Source: Catajapyx aquilonaris (lineage: Eukaryota). From it: a stretch of 40,424 nt of DNA. The position numbers and the translations under genes are program-made. Within the stretch, counting starts at the first letter, position 1. Each line of letters starts with the position of its first letter. The stretch lies in the NCBI GenBank assembly GCA_000934665.2, contig JYFJ02003531.1, positions 1-40,424 of the forward strand, given 5' to 3'. Of the stretch, positions 22,276 to 34,431 are shown piece by piece. The notes below the pieces were generated by a model. That model saw only the letters and a list, made by a program, of their open reading frames with translations, was not told where the DNA came from and did not search any database.

Positions 22276-23531
22276 CTGTGTCCTCAAGTAAGGAAGGTTA
22301 GGTTATATCACTAAGCAATATGCACCAATTCAGAATTGTTTGAATTAATAATATTCATCAAAGGCCTTTCCACACTTGAAGCTTTTGAAGGAAGCAGAAT
22401 ATTCTCTCACAACCGTAAAATGGGGGTGGTGGTACAGCAGGGGTCTAATCTTGATGGCTAAGAATGATTTTATGACGATGCTGGAAAGTCACCAAAGTTG
22501 GCGATCAGCGAATCGTTATGCCCCGTTTCACTTCGGCTCATTTCCAGGACAGTAACGTAACGTGACTCTTCCCCAGTATCGTGTAATGGCATAACTTTGA
22601 ATGGCGGGGGCCCTAATCCGATTTTCCATGCTTAACTACCATGCTCTTCCTCAGAGGGAGGGCCTTTGACTTAATCGTTCTGTAGACATTTTGAGGTTTA
22701 TTTCTAACCCTGCATTTTGTAATTAATTTTGCTCCTAGGTGAATTTGTGGCTACATGAACATACATGCATATTTTTTCGTATTTCACGTCGGACTTACCG
22801 GGTGTGCTAAAATTAATTTCGACACATTTTACACTCATAGTGTGGCACGAACTTAATGGAATGCCATAGCTTTTGACTTAAGTTTTTGCCACAGCGAAAG
22901 ACTTTTCCACCTTCAGTAAAAGAGGCGTCATTCAACTGTCGCAAAAATCTTTTAGGACACTTTTTCAATTTAGTTGTCGGACAGAGCTTGACGATAACTT
23001 TTTACTGGCAGACTTCATCTTTCTCTCAAACAAAATAAACCGAATGTCTCATAGCGCTCACTCTACTAAATGAGTATTTTTTTTTTCGTGCCATGTTATT
23101 GTTGCTAACTGAGGTGCTGACTGTGATAATAATCCTTGACCATACCCTACGTCTGACAAAAGGTCGAATTAGAAGTGGCGTAAAAGTTGCATCATGTGCA
23201 ATATATTTCTTTTCATTCGGATTCTTGAACCGGCTTCTCCACTTTTTTGTGTGTGTGTGAGTCGACGCCTTTTGTTAACACCAAACTTCTTGTCTGTGGC
23301 TCCAACTTGTATTGTGTGGGCCATCTTATTTTTTCCGCTAAAAATTGCAGGGTGGTTGTTGCATTATTTTGCCATCAAGTAAGGACATTATTGGTTTTTA
23401 GACCCCCCCCCCCCAAGTTGGGCGTTGGCTTGCACTTTATTAATGCTTCCAGATGAGACGATGTAACATGTGGGAACACAAGATGTTTGACCTGCATTGT
23501 TGGGACTATGGCTTTAGCAGTGATTTCTTAA

Positions 23532-24028
23532 AGGGACAATCCACTCAAAATGCAAGTTGGGCTCTAAATATCGGGCAAAAAATCTTGATTCCGAGTGTAT
23601 AAGCAGTTTTTTTGAGAGACGAACGGTAAGGCCAGGGCGAGCCGTCAAAGTTAGGCAATTCGCATCTGCCGCAAAACAGCAGCGCCTCCCCCGGGACTGG
23701 GCAGAAATTTGGATAATCTTGCGCCATCTTGATCCACGCCATGGTCCGCGCCATCTTTGGTCCGTCCCACAGGTTTATCCCGCCACCTCTTGACCCAACC
23801 CGACTTTCAGCCCTAAATCACTTTCGCCTAGTGCCCGGTGGCGGCGCTCACGGCGGTGGCGGACTGAGCTGGCGGGGAAGCTCATTAGCAGACGACGCAA
23901 ATTCTGAGTCTTTAACGCCTCGTCCTGGCTTTTCTGTTCCGCGTAGAAAAAAACCGATTGCACCTTCGGAATCAGGATTTTTTGCCCGATTTTTAGAGGC
24001 CAACTTGCATTTTGAGTGGAGTGTCCCT
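23532..24028. mobile_element. 497-bp non-autonomous Kolobok-type DNA transposon (MITE) with TTAA target-site duplication
   Basis: TTAA|AGGGACAATCCACTCAAAATGCAAGTTGGGCTCTAAATATCGGGCAAAAAATCTTGATTCCGA ... TCGGAATCAGGATTTTTTGCCCGATTTTTAGAGGCCAACTTGCATTTTGAGTGGAGTGTCCCT|TTAA. TIRs are 63 bp with 4 mismatches. AG...CT termini with TTAA fit Kolobok rather than piggyBac (CCC...GGG). Confidence 0.85.
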
Positions 24029-24172
24029 TTAACCTATTAGAAATTATTCAAAATATTGTTATTTACATGCAGTACCCATTTTCAAAAAAAAAAATGGGCA
24101 TGTCCTAAATATTTCGATCTGTACATTGTAGGGTTTCAAAACAGCATTTCTTTTGTAGCGCACTGTACCTAC

Positions 24173-24227
24173 CGATCTGATTGGTGGAGCAGTGGTCCCC
24201 CACCCTCTGCTCCCACCAATCAGATCG
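24173..24227. repeat. Inverted repeat with 20-bp arms containing opposed CCAAT boxes
   Basis: CGATCTGATTGGTGGAGCAG ... CTGCTCCCACCAATCAGATCG (one bulged base). Confidence 0.85.
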
Positions 24228-25196
24228 CTTGATGTCTGGTGTGGTGTGGTGTGGAGCGGGAGAGGTTTCTTATTTTCTGTATACCGCCATTAATGTCCAA
24301 CACCGTACAGTACATGCATGGTCATGTTGTGTAAGCAGTGTTTGAAACATTTTCACCTTCAGGAAAAGCTAGTCGAGCCAAGCAAACTTTTATGTTTCCA
24401 CTGCTTCCTTATCGCTGCCACCATGTTTATGTTTTTCCTTTTTCGTGCGTACAAATACTTTAACATGGTGGAGTCTCGATGTAATCTTTTCCGTCAGGTT
24501 GAAACCTACATCGGAGGCCTTCCCAAATCGCTTTACAAGTCAGATCCAGCTGATTTCAGCACGCGTCCCAGACACGCAAACAAAATTCATATCCCACGCT
24601 ATATTAGGAACGTGTTTGGAATTAGATTCGCATAGTATTTATAGCACGCTGTATTTAGAACCAGGTTTTGCTCGATTTCTTTAAGACAATTGATGCTATC
24701 ATTAGTCCAATCAGATTGGGGCTGATAAAAAAAAATTATGTTAATTATACCAGTCGGTCTCTCCGTGTACAGGGTACTGATAATTGGCCATTGCTGCCAT
24801 TGGAACAAATTCAGGTACAAGGAGCGAACGAATATAAATTGGCACGGTGATGATGGTCGCGTGCAACAATATAAATCTCGGGCCTTTAAAATTGCGAAGA
24901 AGCGGATCTGAACGACTTAATAACAACCCTCAGTCGCTGACGAGCACTTATCTCAATAAATAAACCTTACCTGTCCTAGAAGGTGAAAAAATTGGGACAA
25001 AAAGATGAAGTGGACAAAATGTAATCTACTTCCTTCACAAATTTTCGGCTGGAACATCGATTAAGTCGGCGGAGGAGACTTTCAGTGAAAAAAAAAGTAC
25101 CGGTCTTATAGAGTCGTTTAGCAGAGTAGGTTATCATTCTATTGGATTAGTGTCTCGTTAATAAAAGTGTCTTATTCCATGAGTGTATAGTAAGTA

Positions 25197-25343
25197 CACA
25201 GCAATTTTACTAGACGTCCAATGAATCGGTACATTGTGATGTACCATTTTCAAGTCAGTACATCTGAGCAATGGGCTGTCTACAAGTCAGTACCCTTTTG
25301 TTGATCACAAAGTACCGCTGGAATCGGTACATGAATTACAGTG
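25197..25343. mobile_element. 147-bp CACWG-terminated MITE (CMC/EnSpm-like) flanked by TA
   Basis: TA|CACAGCAATT ... AATTACAGTG|TA, with internal repeats GAATCGGTACAT (x2) and CAAGTCAGTAC (x2). Confidence 0.55.
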
Positions 25344-28300
25344 TATGTCTAGCTAAAACCGTCCGATTGGTATCAGTCCAAATAACTCGAATTTCACTCT
25401 AAACAGGAAACTTCGAACCTGCGCGACCAAAAACGACTTCCTGAATGTGTTTTCGTAGGTGTTTCTGCCGTAGGGGTGCACGTGGTGTTTGAATGGGGTG
25501 AAATCGTTCTCCACCGCACCAATTGCCAATCACTTTTCTTTACGTCCCTACTATACTCCCGAGTTTGTTCAACAATGTTGACTTTGGACAAGACTGGAAA
25601 ACCCCGCCTGGGAGACATTTTAACGGCTACTTCAAGCTTGAGAAAAAAGGGGGGTCCGAAAGTCGTGCCCCCGTCTTGCCCCCTTTTATAGTTGACGTCT
25701 TTCCAGGAATTGCAATGACGCCCCACTTATTTCCAGACAAACTGCACCGTTTCCAGGTAAATTAAATTTTAGTGTTAGAAGCCCTCGAATTGTACAGGAT
25801 ATAATAAACAGGAACTGTCAGCAATTCAAGCCTCGAGATGTCTTCCCATCAGACTTAATAATATGCATCAGCGCCATCTTTTTTTATTATCAGGCTGCTA
25901 TAGATGTCGCTTTTATTTGTTCTCAAAATGGCGTCGCCCACAAGAGGGAAAAAGGCAATAACTGCAAGGCGATTGAAATATCTTTTTCCCAAGACTGAGT
26001 TACGAGACCCTTAGGGTTTATGCCAGTTTGTGTGGCGACAGATGGCCGACGCTGACACGTGTTACTTCCCTGAGAAAAATTTCCGCTACGTGTCAGCACC
26101 AGAGGGTTTTATGGGACGCTGTAATTGGAGAAGGTTCATGACTACCACGAGGCACACGTTTCTAGACTGTCTATCATAGATTTTAGTAGACGTTTTGGTA
26201 GTTGTCATTAACGAATTAACAATGTCCAGAAGACAACCAATGTGAACCCATAGCCATCTGCCGGCAGGGCATTTCAGTTTGTTCAGTACTGTACATGTGT
26301 AGTTAGAAGGAAAATATCCGGCCATTGGTCGATTAGTGTGAGCCAATTTGCGGTTGGAAATAATCCGGGACGTGCGAAATGCAATCGGCTTCTTTGTCTT
26401 TCATCATGTGTTAATGACGAGGAAATGGCGGGGCCTGTGTGTCTACAGCCAAAAATAACATGGGGTTCTTCAAGACTGAGTTTTTCTTCATCCGAAACAT
26501 GTTTGACGTGGAGGATTGAAGCGTATATCGAGGGCGGCCATGTGTGGGTAGGCCATGTGTTAGCCTTTATGGGGGATATGCTACGATATTATTTATCGGG
26601 AAGGCCTTTGAGGGTTTAAAAATATGCTGAGGACAGGGTAAAATTGTACGATGTGACGATAACTCTGGGGGTATTAGTGCTAAATATATTTCCAATTTAG
26701 CATGTTTGTGAGAGGCGGTTTCTAGTATTTCAGGGCAGTTATGATGTGAGCCAGGTGATATCAGGTGAAGTATGCGACACTAAAAGAGTTTGGTCTCTAA
26801 ATCAGTTTTCGTTTGAGGCTATTAGTGTAACGCCATATTTCTTACGTGCAGGGAATGAACTCTAAGGAAGTATCTCCACTATTAGGCGCACTTATTGTCC
26901 AGTCTTTGTTACATGGGTTAAGTAGTATGTTCTATTCCTTACTGCGGCTTCTAAATGTCAGCTGCTACTCCATAGGCATATGTGCGTAGAATAATAATAG
27001 TCTATTTTATTAATGTTTGGCCAGTGTGGGGATGGAACGCTATTGCCCTCCCATAAATAACAATAGAGCGTGAAATTTCACGCAGAAACATGATAGTGTG
27101 TGAATTACTTATCTCACCAATTTTTCAATGGGATTAATAAATTTCTACCATAGTGTATGTAGCTGTAAAATTATTTTCATATTTTTAAATATTTTGTCCA
27201 CACTTTATTCGCCCATTCGAAATGTCATGCACCTACATGGTATGGGTTACATAAAGTAGCTTGATATTGGAAGGTGTGGCCAATAATAGACTCCCTGCGG
27301 GAAGCCTATCAAAAGGTACAGGTATTACTCTGACATTATTGGACATGTCATATGCCCGATTGCATAAGCTGTCATTAAACTCATATTTTGAAATTATAAG
27401 ACAGCAATGATTGTTGTCAACAATGAACTCTGCATATATCTGACATAGTGTCCTCAAAGCGTCAGCTGTTTTGACTCCACGGACCACTCGCTCAGAACGC
27501 ATTTTGAACTTAGCGATTTTTTTTCCTCCTCCCCACCCTATCACCCCCGCCTTCCCCCACCGGCGACTACGCGTCGCCCCAACTCAGCACTTGCGTTGAT
27601 GGAAGAGTCGAGAAAAGTTTCCCGTCATTGTCACCCTTGTTGGGTAATTGGGCGCACTCGGCCGCACTTGGGACCCACTCTCTAGCTCTTCTTCTTTTTG
27701 CCTTGCTCACGTGTCCGTTTTCCTATCTGAGGGTCCTTCCTGATGGAAGCCCAGGACGGAAGCGATGACGAGGAAATCGGAAGCTGTCCGCACCATCTCT
27801 CTCGCTCTGGTACATCAGTGTCCCTTCGCTCCTACTCCAATTCTCATACCATCTGCCGTGATTTCTGTCCTCTTTCTAGATACCAGAGGACTTGTCATGG
27901 AATCTAAGGGAGGTTTGGACGCTTTCAGGCTGAGATACGTCACTATGGAGGTGTCCAACTTCATAGGATTCACTGTAGATGCTAATTTCGCTAGTATTTT
28001 ACATTTAAAACATCAGATGTCCAAATGCTATTGGCAAATAGCAATTAGACACCTGCTAATCACACAAATGACACATTTTGAAAATTAATTCGAGCCTGAG
28101 TTTTAAAAGGTTCCCCCCCTTATTATTTTTACGACTTAACCAACCTGTCCTGCGTACAATGGTTGCCAACCCCTCTCCAAAAAATGGCGTCATCCGAGTC
28201 GACCTCATTAGTCCAGATGGTAAGCAATAAACAAGACACGAAATCTGAGAGGTGGCGAGGCCTCTAACGACCAAAAGCCAGACAGACTAATAAATACATG

Positions 28301-30504
28301 TGGCTTGAATGATCCAGAGTGACCAATGGCCCCTGTCCATTTTTGTCCCCTCTTGAGGTTCTCCAGCTCAGCGTTTTGGGATTCCAGACATCGGGTTCCA
28401 TCTTGATGGGAAAGTCAGAGTATATTTGGTGGCAATCGGAGGCAGAAATGAAGGAGGCGGGCTACAATTCGAACCAGTTGGCCTGCTAATCAAGGAGGGC
28501 GAGGCTCATGGGAAATAGCCCCGGCAATCAAAAGAGGTCGACGCCTCCGCTTGGCTCACACCAACACCTAGGACCAGATATATATCTGGGCACCAACAGA
28601 CTCCAAAAACTGCCCCGTAGTTATGATTAGAAGAAATTGAGGGCTTCAGACACTGTTCAAATAGGTTATGGGCTAGTAATAGCGCCTTTTAGTGCTATAA
28701 ATCCACTAGTGTTTACAATGATGAGCACTGACCCTGATTCGGATTTTTTAAAATCGAGTAGTAGGGCCAGATGAGGACACACTTTGAGGCTGGACAATAG
28801 ATGGCAGTGTAATATATTTTTAAAATTTAATCAATTAAATTAACTGAGTTTGTCACCACAATTTAACCCACCCTGTTGAACCGTTTCCCGAAAGCTTCAC
28901 CACAAGCCCACACTGTTGGTGCATAACTTATCGAACTCCTCCACTGTTTGCATTTTAAATAGTGTTGCGGGTGCAGTGCATGTGAAACCAAAGCGATATG
29001 CAAATACCGGTGTAATCTGCTGGCCATGTAATTCAGAAGCAGTACAAAACAGATTCAGGTACATCCCTAGGAGAAGAGAATAAAAAAAACACATGTTAAT
29101 GGGGCTGTTTTCACATCAGGTCTCACACCTGTACGTGACACTATAAATTCCTGAAAGTTTGCGAGCTCGTGACGTGCCTTTGCAGACCGCTTAATGGAGT
29201 CCGCCGATTCAATAAAAGCCGCAATTATTTATTGCTACACTTGAGATGCGGAGTGAATTTGATGCCCTTTCTCTGACTGGGTGTAACTTCATTCCGATGA
29301 GGTGGATGCCACCACGTCAAAATAATTGTTGTTACAGCAGAAAATAATTTTTGGCGGGGAAATTATTTGCAAATAACAAGTATTTTCTATAAAACTCGCG
29401 AAAAAATGGGTATGACCAGGTTGTGCCTGCCTCTAGCGGAATTTCCGGAACTAATGAACCATGAAATCTGCCGCATGATTCAAACATGCAATACGTTAAT
29501 TATCAATATTAATTACTACAGGCGACATACACAATTTTGATTGATCTTTAGTTGAATATAAAGTTGAGTAGACCTCCATTTTTGGGCTGTTTCCACAAGT
29601 AGTGATATAAAGCTATCTGACGAGGAAGAGCCAACAAAAATAGTTCCTTTCTCTTGAGTGGCTCCTTCTAGTCGGACATTGTGTAAAACTATGTCCAGAG
29701 CAGAATCCCTCACATTTCTTGGCGTATCCCCAGTGCTGTAGCCAGAAAACTTATTACCAACGACCACTAGATATGGTTGCCAAAGACTTTATCTTTGGAC
29801 CGCGAACGATTCGAAACGGCTCATTAAGCGACGACGGTAAATCAAAATAACGTCACGGATACGGAATTAATTAAGCCTAGCGTGAATTAGGCTACTTGAC
29901 TTGATAGGTTATTATGGGAATATTCTGGCGTTTGCAGGTTTAAAATTTCTATCGCTAATTAGGCGTTTTAATATTCCCTTTTAGCGTTAAAAAAAACTGC
30001 AGTTTATTGAGTGCATCTTAGCTCCGAGCAGTTTTTATGTGGTACTATTGTGTAACTAATTGTGGCTGTAGTCGTTCCTCAAGCTCTAAGTGGGGAGGCT
30101 ATAAAAATGCGCAAGTGGGTCATATTCTTGCCCGATAATTGCACTAGGGGTCTAGTAGGAGGATTAAGTGAGCTATGGGAGTTGGAAATATGCAAAGTGA
30201 TGTGAGTAACTGTGGGTGGTTGAAGATGTGTTAAGGATGCGGGGCACTGGGAAAAGCCTGATGATAAATGCTGACATTTGAAGATTTCTAATGCCAAAGT
30301 CATTACTCCTCACCACCATGGTTACTCCACCAATTGGTGGCATGAACGCAAAAAAAAGAGTAACTAATTACCCCCTTTGGAGGCAAATGGCAGCCTCATT
30401 CATTAACACTCTGTTATTAATGTTGAACTGTACAGTACGATAGCTGTTGTGGAGTTGCTCTTGAGCTGAAAAATTCGTATTGTTAGAAATTTGTTGACTG
30501 ATAG

Positions 30505-30507
<3 letters not shown>

Positions 30508-30552
<45 letters not shown>
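30508..30552. repeat. (AAT)15 microsatellite
   Basis: Read directly; source of the poly-I/L/Y ORFs. Confidence 0.98.
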
Positions 30553-33110
30553 TTGGCAAAAATTTGGCAAAAGTGCGAAAGTGGAGAGAGAGACAGCAGC
30601 ATCGAAGCGACATCCGACGGTGAAGTGCATAAGTCAGCGACTCGCCACCCAGGAGATGGCGCCCGGAACGGCGGAAATGGGAATTCCGTGGAACGGCCGC
30701 GGTCGGCATTTTTTTTACGTTTTACAAAGTCCCTCGGCAAAAAACAAAAGGGGTTTCCATATATAGAAAACACGGGAAAAATTTTTATACTACGCCCAAA
30801 GCTGTAGGCCGTACAGTGCGGGAGGAGTTATGGGAACAGTCAGCTTTTAATCATATAGAGAATCGTGTTTGACCTTCCTTGGATGCTACGTTATTTATTT
30901 ATTTATTTATTTCTGTAAAATGTGGTATAGCTGCAGTTACTGAAATACTATAGACATATTCCAGCGATATGTCCACATCGTGACACTTCCAGATATGGAT
31001 CAGACACCTTGACGTTCTTCTGTCTTAAAATCTGGACCGGACATCTTACATATAATTGTATCGCCCTTTTTCTACATATCTCTCCCTGTGCCATGTCAGC
31101 TTCCGTCCCACATAGGTCCACGAAATCCCATTCCGACAGCTCCATTCCAGACGTCCCAGTTGGTGCAAGTCCAGTTGGGCATCGCAAAGTGCCTTCCTCC
31201 GGAAACTCACTCATAAGGAAAAGTTAACGAAAAGAAAAAGAAGACGAAGAAATGTGAGGGACCTCCGTCCCCACTGTGGTCATTTTGCAAGTCTCCACTT
31301 ATGACACTCCCAAGATCTTCCTCTTCGATAAAAATGGATGGAGTGATATCTCCTACCATTGCCCTCCTTTTGTCCGTTTTATTACTAGTCCGACCCCCAG
31401 GACGAACGATTTGTTTACTGTTCCTTGGATCTATGTGTGTGTTTTTTTTGAACGGCAGTGTACACGTGTTATTATCCGGGCGTCAACATGACATTGACTT
31501 CTGCGGTACTTGTAGAAATCCTGGATGTGTTCCAGGCTTGCCAGACTACCATCACGCAAGCATTTATCTCAACTGTTGCAACTGGTTGGGCCAGAAATTC
31601 TCCAGATTTCTTGCACCCCAAACCATTTGATATGACTTGTTCAGCCGATGCACACATTCGGCCGAACGCGATTGGCGGGCATGGAACCGTTCGAGGGGCA
31701 TTGACACTCCTGCCCTCTAGCAAACCCCAAACAATAGAGAAAAACCCTTACGAAGTATCAGGTAACTTCCAAAAAGTTGCATGGCAATCAGTTTACGAGA
31801 ATCTAAACGATGGTGTCTTAGCCTTGTCCTCACGTAGCTTTAGGTGAAAAATGTCTTCGCCAGTACCAGTGTATGACAGTTTTATGGGTCACGGCTGTCG
31901 TTTCGTGTGGCGCCATTACTCCAGCAGCTTGGAAGAAAGGGAAAAATCTGTGGAACCCTTTTTTTATATAAGTGGTTCCAACTTCAAAATCAGTCCATAG
32001 AAAAATGATATTTGTTATGTGAGATCTGAAGCAATAGTATGAAGTTACTTTATTATAGCCTGGGTGTGGAGCTTGAAATTGGCTGGATAATAAGCTGGGT
32101 TACTGACCTCCTCACAATTGGTCGTATACTAGTGATTTCGGGTTTTATAGACACATTCGTAGGGACACTGTTGCAGTGCACCCTAGAGACACTATACGAA
32201 ACATCGACGTGTAAGGAAATGATAAAATATTAAAATAATTTAGCACCACAAAAACCATGGACATCTAGACATATTTATGAATCGCAATCTCAGTCCTATC
32301 AGGATGTAGCAAATTAATCTTGACCGGTGTCGTGGGATAAACCGCTGTGGGTGCAAATTAATATTCAATTCAGGGCCTTAGTGTGACGTGAACTCATGCA
32401 AAATGAATTATTTACTACTCGCATATTGATATTGAGGGTGGAGTCAACCTCATTCATCTCAGGAGATACATATCCGCCTTTTTTCTGATTCGTGTCCATT
32501 TTAGTGCGGCTCACGTCCATTCTGTTTGCACGCCAATTTTCTCATAGTGACGATTGAGTTCCTATATGTATATTTGAGAGAGTGCGTGACCGGCGTGTGA
32601 GCCTCGAGGGCATAAGATTCGAAAGAGGCCATGGATGCTGGCCCCTTCCTCCATCCCAATTGATCTCCGTGGCGCTCCTTGTAGCTTCCTCTTTCACCTC
32701 ACCGCTACCTGTCCTGAATCTTGACCACCTTTCTGGAATGTGCGCAGGACTCTTATTCAGACCTGACTGACGACCATCCAGGCCATATGTATGGTAATGG
32801 AAGGTGTTGCCCAATGTTGGAGGCTTCCAGTGGTGACGCAGTAAGGATGTGCTGCAGAGATCCAAAAAGATGCCGTGGTCCAAAGAATTCGCATGAAAAG
32901 ATCTAGAGATGTTTTAAAAATATGCATTTAAATTTTTAATAACCTAACATTATCCTGAATAGAGAGCTAATTAATGGTCAGCAAATTAGTATCGTACTAC
33001 AACAGTAGCCAAAACCCGAATTGGTACCTGGATATTTAATTTTTAACAACAATAATATTGCTGTCACGATGTTTAAATTAAATTGAAAACGTTTATTTAG
33101 GCATAGGACC

Positions 33111-33172
33111 AATAAATTAAATCAAACGTAAAATATTGAAACCGCGTCTCTATATGATGCTGGGGCACATTA
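33111..33172 (+). repeat. 62-bp direct repeat, copy 1
   Basis: AATAAATTAAATCAAACGTAAAATATTGAAACCGCGTCTCTATATGATGCTGGGGCACATTA; 4 mismatches to 34370-34431. Confidence 0.9.
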
Positions 33173-34369
33173 GCTTTGGAAAACGTAAAACAGCGTCTTT
33201 GGAGCCGAGACACCTAGCGATAGTCCGATGAACTTGCAGCAATGATTGTCTTCATCTCTCGGTCCGCAATAGTAGCCAATGCACTAAGGTGTACTATCCC
33301 AAAAGCACCCAGCGTAATTGGCCCATTTCCTGCTATCCACTAGGGAAGACTATATTTTAGCATGCATACCCTATCACAAAAATAATAGCCCAATAAGCCT
33401 TACCGATCGTCACGAAGAACGATAACATCTTGCCATGAGAAAGCACTTATAAAGAATCACGACTCATTCCCCCAAAGTTTACTGCCAGCCCATTTCATCA
33501 AAAGCGGCCCTGCAACTCCATATTACTGTGACTCTGCAAAAACACCCGGTTTTTTCATCATTTTAATTTCAATTAATATTTCGCCAGCACGTGGATACAT
33601 ACACTCTTATTAGCACTAGGTATGTTGGGAGAAATCTACTTATTCAGTGAAAGGTAAATACTTTTGTTCACCTGAGCAATTCTCATTTGCCACTCATTCA
33701 TTTTTCATCTATTTATTGGAGAAGTTAAGTTGTGAATGAATTTAAGTAGAAATGGCGATTTCAATGGAATATGCATGTAAAGTGCTTCGGTTTTAATTAT
33801 AAAATTTTAAGTGGAAGAAAATGCTCAATTCTTTTCCCCTCCATTAGGTGGAAAATTGTACAGCCCTGAAAACAGGTCCGAAAATATTTCCCTTTGAACT
33901 ACCGAGGGTAGACCCAATCCTGGCTACAAAAACAACCGCCAAGAAATGATGTGTGGACTGTAATGGCGGTTAAAAGTGGGGCCGGGAGCCTGGCTCTAAA
34001 TCCGGGCCAGTAAACAAGAAGATTACTTACGACACCTTCACCTGCTTCAGTAATCCGAGTTATGTCAGGGTTGGATTGGAGGCAAATCCCTTTTGGCAGC
34101 CAAAATTGATGGGGACGTTGAGCATTATGCAAGTTTGAGGTGGTGTAAAAATTAGTGGAAGGTTCTTTTGGCGTGCTCACGTGTGCACCTGGAGACGGTC
34201 GCAATTGGGTTATAAAAGGTAGGGTCATAAAACTCATTGGCACCTTAGGCGAATAAAAAAAATAAATAAAAAGTGGGGGAGATATATCTGATAAAACTCT
34301 GGGCGTTAGCACTACCAAGGGATAAGACAAAGTTTGAAACAAATTTTATGACAATTTGAATTTGAACCG

Positions 34370-34431
34370 AATAAATAAAATCAAACGTAAAATATTGAAA
34401 CAGCGTCTCTGTATGATGCTGCGGCACATTA
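34370..34431 (+). repeat. 62-bp direct repeat, copy 2
   Basis: AATAAATAAAATCAAACGTAAAATATTGAAACAGCGTCTCTGTATGATGCTGCGGCACATTA. Confidence 0.9.

Noticed and set aside
24961..24992. Minus-strand TTTTTTCACCTTCTAGGACAG|GTAAGG resembling a ratchet point
   Set aside because: It is antisense to the only identified gene and has an upstream AG. It shows that such motifs can arise by chance, which tempers the weaker + strand candidates.
30403..30807. ORFs with poly-Ile, poly-Leu and poly-Tyr runs
   Set aside because: They are produced by the (AAT)15 microsatellite.
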